IMG/VR virus record: IMGVR_UViG_3300015195_000001
Location: 1-55,536 of that record
Direction: 5' to 3' (one strand)
Length of the DNA stretch: 55,536 nt
DNA from: a virus
A model generated the notes under the pieces. It was not told where the DNA came from. It saw only the letters and a program-made list of their open reading frames with translations, and did not search any database. This document shows, one piece after another, positions 34,331-43,396 of the stretch. Position numbers and translations under genes: made by a program. Each line of letters starts with the position of its first letter. Position 1 is the first letter of the stretch.

Positions 34331-34554
34331 CAGACCTCCAGAGCCAGGTACGCGTCAATTGCCGCCTGGGCCTCGGCTTTGGTTGCCTCGGTGAGCTTGG
34401 CGTGCGTCATCGCGCCAAGAACGACTTCGGGGTGCTGGCCGAAAGCGCCGTAGGATGCGTCCATCAGATCGGCGAGCGAATACCGCGATTCCGTGGACGC
34501 GGTCGAAGGTGCGGCCTTGCGCGGGGACGTGGTCTGATCCAATGGTCCTCCCAA
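34330..34554 (-). CDS. Hypothetical protein
   Basis: 74-aa ORF with a TTG start abutting the upstream stop. Confidence 0.45.
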   Translation of the reverse strand: MGGPLDQTTSPRKAAPSTASTESRYSLADLMDASYGAFGQHPEVVLGAMTHAKLTEATKAEAQAAIDAYLALEV

Positions 34555-35079
34555 CTACGGCGGTGGCCGGTTGAATGCGTCGGCTGTGCCGGTTTCGTGA
34601 ATATGCGCGACCTTGGGAACGGGGATAGCGGCCGGGTCGGAGACCGAGAAAATCTGCCAGAGCCGGAACTTGAAGACGAACCCCCAGTGCTCCTGGCCGC
34701 TGATTGACTTGATCACCACCGCACCGGTATCGGTGACCTGGTCGATCTTGTTCGCTTTGGCGCCGAGCGTGATGTCGTTGAGATAACGCGCCCCGAACTG
34801 GACCATGAGCGGTAGACACGCCTGAAACCCTTCGTCTTGGCCGCGTCCCAGGCCCAGGGGTTTCACGAATACCGTCACGGTCATCTGGCGCATGACGGCG
34901 TTCCACGACCCCGGTGCTCCGACGGTGTACTTCTCCCACGTCGCCGGGCCCGGCTCCGTTACCACGAGCGGGAGGTCCGCCGCGTTCACCTGAGTCGGAT
35001 AGATCGGGTCCGAGCGCGTGACCCCGGCGATCGTCGCGTGTATCCCCTGGAGAACGGTGAACGGATCGGGGAGCGGCAT
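34555..35079 (-). CDS. Tail completion / neck protein
   Basis: Position and size only. Confidence 0.45.
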   Translation of the reverse strand: MPLPDPFTVLQGIHATIAGVTRSDPIYPTQVNAADLPLVVTEPGPATWEKYTVGAPGSWNAVMRQMTVTVFVKPLGLGRGQDEGFQACLPLMVQFGARYLNDITLGAKANKIDQVTDTGAVVIKSISGQEHWGFVFKFRLWQIFSVSDPAAIPVPKVAHIHETGTADAFNRPPP

Positions 35080-35080
35080 G

Positions 35081-35800
35081 CTAGGTAACGCCGAGTTGCT
35101 TGACGTAGGCGCCGCGCGTTAAGACGGCCTCGACGACCGCCGGGAAGCCGCGCGGCACCATGATCTGTCCGCCCGGTAACTCGATGACCTCGAAGACCTG
35201 ACTATCGCGCGAGCGATACCAGTAGGCGATAAGCTCATGCGTCGCGAGCGTGATATCGGCCGGCGCGGCGAGCGAATAGCCGAAGCGGCCGGTGACGACG
35301 ATCTCCTGGTCGGTGTTGATATTCCACGCTGACGTGCTCATGAGTTTGATCGCGTTCTTCGGGCTCGAATTGCGCGGCAACAGCCAGTATTTGTCCGGGG
35401 TGATCACGACGCCGTTTCCGTTGGTCAGCGACGTGACGCTGACGATGTCCTCGCCGAGATTGAGGATGCCGCTACTCCGTTGGAGGTAGTAGCGGTCGGC
35501 GGGGTCCCAACCCCGGAGGTTCATCGAGTAGGCGGCGTGGGTCGCCCATTCCGACGCCAGGAAATCATCGGACCCGTAGTAGCGCGTGGAATCCGATGTA
35601 GCCTCGAAGGTGCGGCGGCAGCGCTGGTCGATCTGCGACTGCGCGGCCGGGATCCAGCCCGCGAGTAGGGCGTCGTCGACCGACGCGCCTATCCCGAGAT
35701 AGTTCCGCGCGTCTTCGATGGTCGTATAGGCCACGGGCAACTCCTGATCGGCGATAGAGAAGGGTGTCCCGAATGGAAAGGAGGCATCCGGGGCACCCAC
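35081..35800 (-). CDS. Head-tail connector/adaptor (gp6-like N-terminus)
   Basis: ARNYLGI..DDALL...IPAAQSQIDQRCRRTF motif. Confidence 0.55.
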   Translation of the reverse strand: MGAPDASFPFGTPFSIADQELPVAYTTIEDARNYLGIGASVDDALLAGWIPAAQSQIDQRCRRTFEATSDSTRYYGSDDFLASEWATHAAYSMNLRGWDPADRYYLQRSSGILNLGEDIVSVTSLTNGNGVVITPDKYWLLPRNSSPKNAIKLMSTSAWNINTDQEIVVTGRFGYSLAAPADITLATHELIAYWYRSRDSQVFEVIELPGGQIMVPRGFPAVVEAVLTRGAYVKQLGVT

Positions 35801-35804
35801 TGGC

Positions 35805-36185
35805 TTACGCCATCGGTAGCTTCTTACCGATCTGGAGGATACCGACGGCCTCGAAAACGCAGCCGGTCGCGCCGCCGACGCCGATGACCTTCGGTCGGAC
35901 GTAGCGCTGAATCCCGACGTACCCGACCTTCTGGACCGTATTCGACGCCAGTACGACGAGCGTGCCGACGAGATTAGCGGCCGGGACGGCGGTCCAGACG
36001 GAGTTGTCGGGGCTATCCTCGACCGAGGGCGTCCACACGCCGTCGGTCAGGGTATCGGGCGCGAAGACGAGCGTGAGCGCGTCGGCATTGGCGGTGTCGA
36101 TACCGGTGCCGTTGAACGTCGCCGCGGCGTGGAGACCGCCGGCGATCGAGCGAGCGAAGGTGAGTTGCTGGGAGCGGTCGTACAT
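35805..36185 (-). CDS. Hypothetical head-associated protein
   Basis: 126 aa, the first gene after the capsid terminator. Confidence 0.5.
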   Translation of the reverse strand: MYDRSQQLTFARSIAGGLHAAATFNGTGIDTANADALTLVFAPDTLTDGVWTPSVEDSPDNSVWTAVPAANLVGTLVVLASNTVQKVGYVGIQRYVRPKVIGVGGATGCVFEAVGILQIGKKLPMA

Positions 36186-36210
36186 GGGGTCTGTCTCCTG
36201 TGACGAGAAT

Positions 36211-36242
36211 AGGAAAGGCCCCGAGCCGAGAGCGTCGGGGCC
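36211..36242 (-). terminator. Intrinsic terminator after the major capsid gene
   Basis: 8-bp stem GGCCCCGA/TCGGGGCC (36218-36225 / 36235-36242), followed on the minus strand by TTTCCTATTCT. Confidence 0.7.
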
Positions 36243-36259
36243 AGTCGGTCAACGATCTG

Positions 36260-37552
36260 TTAGGCTAGACGGAGCCTCGCGAACGCCTCCTCTAAAACCG
36301 GCGATCCATCGAGTTCGGCGCGGACAATGAATCCGGTCTGGTTCGTCTCGGCGTAGAGCTCGATCAGCCGCTGGATTTGCATATCGAGGGCGTCACAAAT
36401 CCAGTAGAAGCTAAAGTCGCCGAGAACCGCGAGATAGAGGCCGGTGGTGAACGTCGACGGCGCGAGCTCTGAGACGTTGTACGGCAATCCCAGGATCATG
36501 TCCGGGTTAGGGCCGATCATAGTCGTGCCCTGCGCGACGTAGCCGCCGATGCCGGGCTGCCAGAGATAGTTGCCGGCGGTATCCTTGAGCTTGCGCACGG
36601 CCGAGAGCACGAGGCGATGGAACGCCCACTGCGCCTTCGCCCAGTACTGCGGCTTGAGGTTGTGCTTGAGCGTGATCAGGTCGTCTCCGGCAATCACGGT
36701 GGCCGACGCGGCGACGGTGTCACGTGCGGTCGAGATACCGCTGGCCGATGCGACGAAGACGCCGAGCGGCTGGTCCTGGCCGGTGCCGTTCAGGAAGGCA
36801 TTCTCCTGAACGCGCGCGAGTCGATACGCGAGCCGATCCATGACGATCGCCTCAGGGTCAAGCGTCGATTGGCGCAGCAGCTTATTGCTGATCTTGATGC
36901 GCCGGGCCAGGGGGTGCGGAGTTAGTTGGCGCTTAGAAAACGGCGCGGTCGTATCCTCGGCGCCGGTCGCGAGCTCGGAGGTCCAGGTCGGGTCGCCCAG
37001 GTCGGTATCGAGGACCGGTACGCCAAGCGATTCGGCCTTCGCCATCGGAATGACCGTTGCCAGTGATCGGACGAAGACCCGATCTTTGACCAGGGCGATG
37101 AGGCGCTCGACAAGCACCTGCGGGATGACGAGGAATCCGCCGAGGTCGCCTTCCTGTGACGCCAGCGCCTTGATCGAGTCTGGGGTCATCTGCGCCGCAC
37201 TGACGCCACGGAAGTACGACTTCCAGGCGGATTTGACCGCTTTGTCTTCGAGACCCTTCTGCTCGGCGGCGGTGCCCTCGGACGTGGCGCCGGCGGCCTT
37301 CTCGCCATCGGCGAGCTTGAGCGAGGAATCGGAGCCGGACGCCCAAGCGCGGGCCTTACCCTCGCGGTCGATCAGGTCGATCATTTTCTTGGCTTCGTCG
37401 GCGTCGTTGAGCCAACGTTCCCAGGTCGCCTGATCTTCGGCCGACATGTCGGTCATCTTGCCCTGGAACTTAGCGCGAATGCGCTCGGAGGCGTCCAGCG
37501 CCTGGACGTACTGGTCGACGAGAGCCTTGCGTTCGACGGTTGCCATGCTCAC
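36260..37552 (-). CDS. Major capsid protein (HK97 fold)
   Basis: 430 aa with a delta-domain-like coiled N-terminus, and it follows the protease gene. Confidence 0.8.
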   Translation of the reverse strand: MSMATVERKALVDQYVQALDASERIRAKFQGKMTDMSAEDQATWERWLNDADEAKKMIDLIDREGKARAWASGSDSSLKLADGEKAAGATSEGTAAEQKGLEDKAVKSAWKSYFRGVSAAQMTPDSIKALASQEGDLGGFLVIPQVLVERLIALVKDRVFVRSLATVIPMAKAESLGVPVLDTDLGDPTWTSELATGAEDTTAPFSKRQLTPHPLARRIKISNKLLRQSTLDPEAIVMDRLAYRLARVQENAFLNGTGQDQPLGVFVASASGISTARDTVAASATVIAGDDLITLKHNLKPQYWAKAQWAFHRLVLSAVRKLKDTAGNYLWQPGIGGYVAQGTTMIGPNPDMILGLPYNVSELAPSTFTTGLYLAVLGDFSFYWICDALDMQIQRLIELYAETNQTGFIVRAELDGSPVLEEAFARLRLA

Positions 37553-38907
37553 GGGGTTATCTCCTGCTTTTGGATGACGTGGAGGCGTGTACGCGATTCG
37601 AGGAGGCGCAGCCGGTCCGCGCTGGCTTTCGCCGGCGGGGTGATGGCCCTCAGCAGGTCCTCTTGGGCGCGTACGACTTTCCGATTGGCCTCTAACTGCG
37701 CGTCGAAACGCGCGCGGTGGCCGACGGAAAGTTCACGCCCCTCGCTGAGTCGGCGCTTTGCCACGTCTTCCGTGCGGGCAAGAGCGATCTGAGCGTACTT
37801 AGCGGCGATGTCATAGACGACGGCGATCGGGATGGTCTGCCAATGGGTCGCGTCGGCGGCCTTGGCCGGCACCCATACCTGCTCCATCGGGGTGACGGTG
37901 CCGAGGCGGATGCAATCGTCCTCTAGGGTGTAGTCGATGCGGTAATCCCCGCCCTCGTCGGACTCGTCATACGAGCGGTAGCTGACGATGACGTAATCGG
38001 GGAAGGTCGCGCGAACGTAGGCGTAGCCGGTCGGCGGGAGGCCCGGCACGGTCTGGCCGAACATGCCGTTAATCGCCGATGTGAGGTCCTCGATGCGATC
38101 CTCGTAGGAGGATTCGACATCTGCGGCCTTGACCTGGGGAACGTGGTGGCCGTGGCCGGCGGCGATACCGACGGCGGAGTCTGAGGGAACGTCGACGTTA
38201 AAGCGCTTGGCGCGGGCGACGATCTTGCGCGCGGCTTTCTTCTTGTTAGCGTCGGTGAGGTCAACGGCCTCGAACGATGCCAAGGTAGCCTTTACTGCAT
38301 CGACATCGTGGATCGGTAAGAATCGCTGGCTATCAGCAATGTGGGCGAAGTCGGAATCGGGTAGTGACGCGAGCAGAGTTGCCCATTCAGCGTCAATCTT
38401 GTTAGCGAGGTCCTCGGGCAAAACGCTTTTGAGGGACGGTTCCATCTCGGAGAGATTGGCTAACTCACGCACACCCAGCGTGCGAGGCTCGGCCGGCGTG
38501 TTGGTGAGCGACCATTCCCCAACCGGCCAACTCGTTATCTTCCCGGTGTTGGATCGCTCGGTGAGGTGCCCGATGCTGCCGCTAGACCATCCCAAGACCC
38601 CCTTGGAGATCAGCTCCTTGATCGCGGCGCTGTACTTCTCGTGGTCCTTAATCTGCGCTTCGATCCACATACCGATGTCGTCGATCTTGTGGCTAATTAC
38701 CTTGCCCAGAACGGCGGCGCCGATCTTTCGGTCCTGGCCGTGGTTGTAGAGAACCATCGGCGTTTCAGTCAGGCGGTCAAACCAGAAGTCCGTTGACTTA
38801 TCAAAGTGTTCGCCGTCCGTGTCCTTACCGCCCCACACGACCCCGTAGCCGCCGACAAAAAACGAGCCGGCGTCTTCTTTGAGTAGCTTCACCGTGCCGG
38901 TGGCCAT
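37549..38907 (-). CDS. Prohead protease / scaffold fusion
   Basis: The N-terminal ~170 aa are protease-like. The long C-terminus is scaffold-like with a coiled end. Confidence 0.65.
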   Translation of the reverse strand: MATGTVKLLKEDAGSFFVGGYGVVWGGKDTDGEHFDKSTDFWFDRLTETPMVLYNHGQDRKIGAAVLGKVISHKIDDIGMWIEAQIKDHEKYSAAIKELISKGVLGWSSGSIGHLTERSNTGKITSWPVGEWSLTNTPAEPRTLGVRELANLSEMEPSLKSVLPEDLANKIDAEWATLLASLPDSDFAHIADSQRFLPIHDVDAVKATLASFEAVDLTDANKKKAARKIVARAKRFNVDVPSDSAVGIAAGHGHHVPQVKAADVESSYEDRIEDLTSAINGMFGQTVPGLPPTGYAYVRATFPDYVIVSYRSYDESDEGGDYRIDYTLEDDCIRLGTVTPMEQVWVPAKAADATHWQTIPIAVVYDIAAKYAQIALARTEDVAKRRLSEGRELSVGHRARFDAQLEANRKVVRAQEDLLRAITPPAKASADRLRLLESRTRLHVIQKQEITP

Positions 38908-38920
38908 GTGTCCTCCAAAT

Positions 38921-38947
38921 AGAAAAGCCCACCGTTTTGGGTGGGCC
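38921..38947 (-). terminator. Intrinsic terminator upstream of the protease gene
   Basis: Stem GCCCACC/GGTGGGC with a 6-nt loop, then TTTTCTATTT on the minus strand. Confidence 0.65.
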
Positions 38948-38972
38948 TGAAACGAGAGTGAGGCGCTTGGGG

Positions 38973-39443
38973 TTACTTGCCCGCGCCCGCCTGACTAAAT
39001 GCGTGCGCTAACGCGCGCGAGATAATCTGCGCGATTACGCCGGACTGGATGACCTCGGTTACGGCGGTCCTGGCGTTCGTCCAGCCGATACGTTTCATCG
39101 TCGCGGTCTGCTTCGAGCCTAAGACGTATTGCGCGTAGGTCGCCGTGTTGCCGAGCACGCTCCCGTTCGGAAGGCGGCTAATGGACCATCGTCGACCCAT
39201 GGTTTGCGAGTTCTGATTGCCATGGACGGCACCCGATTTCACGACCCACCGCGAGCCGCTGCCACGGACATACCAGCTATTCTGACCGCCGCTCGCCCAC
39301 GCTCGCGCCTGGTTGCCGTGGCCGGCTGGCGGATAGGGAGCGAGCTTATCTTGGATGGCTGCGGCGATCGCAGGGGTCGCACTGACCAGCGCGTCGTAGA
39401 CTTTGACCCTGCCGAGCGCGGCGATAAGGTCGTGGATGGTCAT
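38973..39443 (-). CDS. Hypothetical protein (HK97 gp10-like?)
   Basis: VLGNTATYAQYVLG resembles the gp10-family YA..VE.G motif. The match is weak. Confidence 0.5.
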   Translation of the reverse strand: MTIHDLIAALGRVKVYDALVSATPAIAAAIQDKLAPYPPAGHGNQARAWASGGQNSWYVRGSGSRWVVKSGAVHGNQNSQTMGRRWSISRLPNGSVLGNTATYAQYVLGSKQTATMKRIGWTNARTAVTEVIQSGVIAQIISRALAHAFSQAGAGK

Positions 39444-39472
39444 GGACTATGTTCGCTTTCGTCTAAAAGAGT

Positions 39473-39506
39473 GGTGGGAGCGCCGAGGTAGAAAAACGCT
39501 CCCACC
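39473..39506. terminator. Intrinsic terminator / strong hairpin
   Basis: Perfect 10-bp stem GGTGGGAGCG/CGCTCCCACC. Confidence 0.55.
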
Positions 39507-39539
39507 GGAGACAGGAGGAGAAAATGGGTCGCCGGCAAC

Positions 39540-40190
39540 TTACAGCGGGTTGACGTCCGTGATGCGCTCTTCGGTCGGCTGGTACGGATTCGGGTCCTGC
39601 CGGCCCTGATTCGCCAGGCGCACGTCGTTGGCTCGTCGGGCCGAGTCGGCTCGCTTCGTCGCGGTCTCCTGGCGCGTTCGCTCGCGGACTTCCTCCGGCG
39701 ACTGGCCCTCGGGATACGGCACCGGCTGGCCGGATAGCGTGCGGCCGCTGATATCTCGCGCCTCGTCGGCACGGCGGGCGGCCTCGGCACGCCGGGACTC
39801 GGCTGCACCCCGCGCGTCCGCGTTCGCGCGGGTCAGATCGACGCCCTCCGATGAGGGGATATCGGCTAGCGGGCTGTGGATGTGCTCGACGTGCGGATTC
39901 GTCGGCGCGTACGACACGCCTTCGTGAACGGCTTGGTGGTCGGTCAGCTTGTGCTTTTCGAGGACGGCCAGGATCGTGAGGTTGCGCGAGTCGACGCCGA
40001 TGACCCGATAAGTCGCCTCGCCGTTCTCGGCGGTGACTTTGATCTCGCCGGTGAACGTCACGCCCGGGACGCGGCCATCGAGGGACGCAAGGTGGAAGAC
40101 AGCGTCCTGGTGCCAGGCATCGACGGTGTGCTTGGCCGGAGCGCCGGCGGGTTCGACGTGGCGGGTGAAGGTAATCATTTCGTGCGGCAT
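39540..40190 (-). CDS. Hypothetical protein with charged Arg/Ala/Glu-rich C-terminus
   Basis: ATG at 40190 with an AAGGAG RBS. The ORF-track start at 40268 was rejected. Confidence 0.6.
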   Translation of the reverse strand: MPHEMITFTRHVEPAGAPAKHTVDAWHQDAVFHLASLDGRVPGVTFTGEIKVTAENGEATYRVIGVDSRNLTILAVLEKHKLTDHQAVHEGVSYAPTNPHVEHIHSPLADIPSSEGVDLTRANADARGAAESRRAEAARRADEARDISGRTLSGQPVPYPEGQSPEEVRERTRQETATKRADSARRANDVRLANQGRQDPNPYQPTEERITDVNPL

Positions 40191-40230
40191 GGGTGGTTTA
40201 CTCCTTGCGTTTGTTTGGGGTGGCCGACGG

Positions 40231-40458
40231 TTAGTAGTATTCGACGTCCGGAACGTCGCCGCGAGCAACCTCCCGGACCTTCGCGCTGGCCTCTTGGACT
40301 TTAGTACGGGCAGTCAAGGCTTCCAATTTGCGGGCATCACACAATTTCTGCGCGTCTGCCGCGATCTCGATAGCGGCTCTGAGCTCGTTGAGGGCGAGTT
40401 GGTATGCCCTCGCGGCTACTTCGAGTTCGGTCCATACCGGCCGTTCAGCTAAGGGCAC
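40231..40458 (-). CDS. Hypothetical coiled-coil protein
   Basis: 75-aa ORF with a GTG start. Confidence 0.5.
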   Translation of the reverse strand: MPLAERPVWTELEVAARAYQLALNELRAAIEIAADAQKLCDARKLEALTARTKVQEASAKVREVARGDVPDVEYY

Positions 40459-40596
40459 CTAATTCGCTCCAATTCTCGACCGAATCTTCACCGTCCCCCA
40501 CGGCGTCCAGCACGTCAGCATCAACGTCCAGTATGCCCACGAGTATGCCTTGTGGTAGATCGCTACCTCGTAGGGCAGGATGAGGATGACCCTCAC
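40459..40596 (-). CDS. Micro-ORF, Trp-rich hydrophobic peptide (45 aa)
   Basis: A GTG overlaps the upstream TGA, and the TAG stop abuts the next GTG. It fills the gap exactly. Confidence 0.35.
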   Translation of the reverse strand: MRVILILPYEVAIYHKAYSWAYWTLMLTCWTPWGTVKIRSRIGAN

Positions 40597-40796
40597 GCGT
40601 CGGTCGTCTCCTCGCGGATGATCCGGTCGCGAATCGCCAGGAGATATCCCGCTTGGTTCTGCGTCAGATTACCGATAATAGCAATCCACCAGAGATCGAC
40701 GCCCGCGACCTTCGCCTTGCGGAGCGCAATCGAGCGCTGAGAAAGCAGGCCGTACTCGTCGGCGGGACGGTCGGTAGGAAGGGTCATGAGGTTCAC
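40593..40796 (-). CDS. Hypothetical protein
   Basis: 67-aa ORF with a 4-nt overlap with the portal stop. Confidence 0.5.
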   Translation of the reverse strand: MNLMTLPTDRPADEYGLLSQRSIALRKAKVAGVDLWWIAIIGNLTQNQAGYLLAIRDRIIREETTDA

Positions 40797-42898
40797 GCGA
40801 CGCGGACCAGGCCAACTGACTTCGTGGGCGTTAATTCGAGTGACACGCTACAGCGACAGCCTACATGCAGTGGGGGGCCAGCCGTGTACTGTTCGGGCCA
40901 TTCGGATTCAGGCTTGCCGTTGAGGGGAGCACAGGCGACACAGGTTCGATCATCGTGGTTAGTCCGAAATATTCTATGCATCGCAATTCCGTCGTCGGCT
41001 AGTCGCGCCTGATACGCGGAAAATGCCTGGGAGCTAGCGCGCGTCGTCTCAGTCGATGCGATAAGACCAGCGCGATGAGTTCCGAAAGCCGGCGAAAGTC
41101 GTAAACGCAAGTCGGCTTGGGTCATACCGGGAGTCTGGCGATACTCGTTAACGGCTGAGGTTACAACGGCTCGCGTCGTCTCGGTGAGACCCTGGATCAT
41201 TTGTGGAACGTACGTGGCCGCCCATCCGGCTGCCTGGACCGAGATAACGGCCGGGTCATATTGCACGCCCGCAATAGCGCCGAGACGAAGCATCGCGCCG
41301 ACGTAGATACCCTCAAGCATCGGACCGAGACGAAGAAACGCCGCAGCTAGATCGTCGTCCGAGATATACTCCCGCGCTCGAATCCGCCGGGCGATGTCGT
41401 CCTGGACGTTATCGAATAACTCGGCCAACGCGGCGCGTAGGTTATCCTCGTCGGCGTCCCGCTCGGCGTCGACCATCGCAGCCTTGAGCCGTCGCCCCTT
41501 CGCCGTCCCGTCGCCTAAGAGCAGGAGTTGGCGCTGCTGGCTAATCGCCTCGTCCGATCCGATCTCCGACGGCGGTTGCTTGACGAATTCATCGGTGGTC
41601 GGCGTCGGCGTGACCATCGACGGTAGGTAGACCGACTCCCCGAACTCGCCGCCAATGGGCGCGAGGTGCAGGACCTTATCGCGGTACTCGTCGACTGTGA
41701 CTGCACCTTTGACGAAACCATCGGAGATTTTCACCGACTCAGCGGCCTGCTGGGCTGCCAGGGCCTTGACCTTCGTCAGGTCGAACTGGCAGACGATGCC
41801 GTCGCCAAACTCGGAGGACACGTCGAGAGTGTATTGATCCGAGAAGCGCCGCCAGAGGTTGCTCAGCGTCGTCTCGGCGAAATACTCGCGCTGCTCGTCG
41901 ATCGTGGCTTTAATGCCGGCCGTGATCCCAACGTTGAGCTGGGCGAGAATGGCTGGGATGCCGAACGCGGCGGAGATGCGCGACTCGGTGAAGTTCCGCA
42001 TCGACGGATATTCGAGCTGCGAGAGCGAAAAGCCCATCTGCGTGATAACGGTATCGCCGTCGACGACGGCCGGCTCGCCGCGGTTCGATCCGCCGAACTG
42101 CGCCTGAAAGTTTCGCTTGATATCCTTGGCGTCCGCGCGAGATAGTCCCTGTTGCTTGACGCTGAGGATGACGCCCGGCGTGGCCGAGTTCCGCAGGAGC
42201 GCCGCCGAGAACGCGGTCATTTCGTTATCGACCTCGGCCTCGCGGGCGATCACTTGGAGCGGTCCGAGCCCCTCGACGAGGCCACCCGACTCACCGGCAG
42301 GGTCGGGAAAGTTGAACGTCAGTACGTCGTTTGCGGGGAGGATTTGCGCGACGAGGATACCGGGTTGCCAGTAAGCCCAGCCCTCAAGGACGCGCATGGC
42401 GTTCTCGGTCGACGTGGCGCGGTCGGTGCCGTCCGCGTTCTTTGGTATCTCAGCGTATTTGGGCGACACGCGATCCGGGCGGAGCGGCCAGAGGGCCATG
42501 ACACGGCCGACGCGATCCCGCTGCTTCCACCAATGCGACCGGCCGACGATGCCTGTATGGAGCGTCACGAGCTCCCAGAACTCGTATTCCGTCTGGAGCG
42601 GGTTGGGTTGGCGGATGAGCTGCATCAACGGATGATCGAACGCTAACGGCTCTTTGTTCTCTTTGGCGTCGAGCGTATACGCCAGGAGTGGCGGTTCGGG
42701 CACCGATGTCGAGAGGACGCGGAGGCAGGCGTAGACGGCGCTATTGCCGCCATAGGCATCACGAGCGAGCACGGCAAAATCGCGCTTCAAGCTCCAGACG
42801 ACGGATCTTAAGTAAGGGCTAATCAGAGAGACGGATTGCGCCGCCTTGCCGAAGAGGCCCTTGACCCAGCCGCCAGTGCGACCGACGAAACTGAACAT
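40793..42898 (-). CDS. Portal protein fused to a Mu F-like minor head domain
   Basis: The N-terminal ~430 aa are HK97-type portal-like. The C-terminus carries the MuF motif NHDDRTCVACAPLNG...PPLHVGCRC. Confidence 0.8.
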   Translation of the reverse strand: MFSFVGRTGGWVKGLFGKAAQSVSLISPYLRSVVWSLKRDFAVLARDAYGGNSAVYACLRVLSTSVPEPPLLAYTLDAKENKEPLAFDHPLMQLIRQPNPLQTEYEFWELVTLHTGIVGRSHWWKQRDRVGRVMALWPLRPDRVSPKYAEIPKNADGTDRATSTENAMRVLEGWAYWQPGILVAQILPANDVLTFNFPDPAGESGGLVEGLGPLQVIAREAEVDNEMTAFSAALLRNSATPGVILSVKQQGLSRADAKDIKRNFQAQFGGSNRGEPAVVDGDTVITQMGFSLSQLEYPSMRNFTESRISAAFGIPAILAQLNVGITAGIKATIDEQREYFAETTLSNLWRRFSDQYTLDVSSEFGDGIVCQFDLTKVKALAAQQAAESVKISDGFVKGAVTVDEYRDKVLHLAPIGGEFGESVYLPSMVTPTPTTDEFVKQPPSEIGSDEAISQQRQLLLLGDGTAKGRRLKAAMVDAERDADEDNLRAALAELFDNVQDDIARRIRAREYISDDDLAAAFLRLGPMLEGIYVGAMLRLGAIAGVQYDPAVISVQAAGWAATYVPQMIQGLTETTRAVVTSAVNEYRQTPGMTQADLRLRLSPAFGTHRAGLIASTETTRASSQAFSAYQARLADDGIAMHRIFRTNHDDRTCVACAPLNGKPESEWPEQYTAGPPLHVGCRCSVSLELTPTKSVGLVRVA

Positions 42899-42902
42899 CT
42901 AG

Positions 42903-43031
42903 CTAATCCTTGACAATCAGACGAAACGCTATAGCCAGGGCGACAAGAAAAATGCTCAGGGTGATGATCGCAAAGGCGGCAAAGAATACCAGGAACTTCA
43001 ATAGTTCCACATCCGCCGAGGTCAACATCAT
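42903..43031 (-). CDS. Micro-ORF, single-TM peptide (42 aa)
   Basis: ATGA overlap with the upstream gene. Translation: MMLTSADVELLKFLVFFAAFAIITLSIFLVALAIAFRLIVKD. Confidence 0.45.
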   Translation of the reverse strand: MMLTSADVELLKFLVFFAAFAIITLSIFLVALAIAFRLIVKD

Positions 43032-43396
43032 CTAACCGTCGTGGTCGTCATCGGGCTTCGTTCTAGACCGCGGTGCAACTGCTCCCATTGCTCGCGCAAC
43101 GTCGCGGCCTCAGCCGACGACAACGAACGAGGAACGAGCGCCGGATGCATCGTGATCGGTTCGACGCTATAGGATGTCTCGATCCTGAAACCGTTACGCA
43201 GCGCGTGTAGGCGGTTTATTCCATCGCCGTCCATCAGCCATTCAAAGATATGCTGCGTATTGTCTGATGAACCTTTAGATAGTTTCCAATCACGACGCGC
43301 CAATTCTTCGGCCTGCCACTCAGCATCCGCCAGTGTCTCCCAAGCGTCGTGATGCACGCAGATGTCCCCTGAGTGGCTTACCAAGTAGATCATCAC
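43028..43396 (-). CDS. Hypothetical protein
   Basis: 122-aa ORF between TerL and the portal. Confidence 0.55.
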   Translation of the reverse strand: MMIYLVSHSGDICVHHDAWETLADAEWQAEELARRDWKLSKGSSDNTQHIFEWLMDGDGINRLHALRNGFRIETSYSVEPITMHPALVPRSLSSAEAATLREQWEQLHRGLERSPMTTTTVR

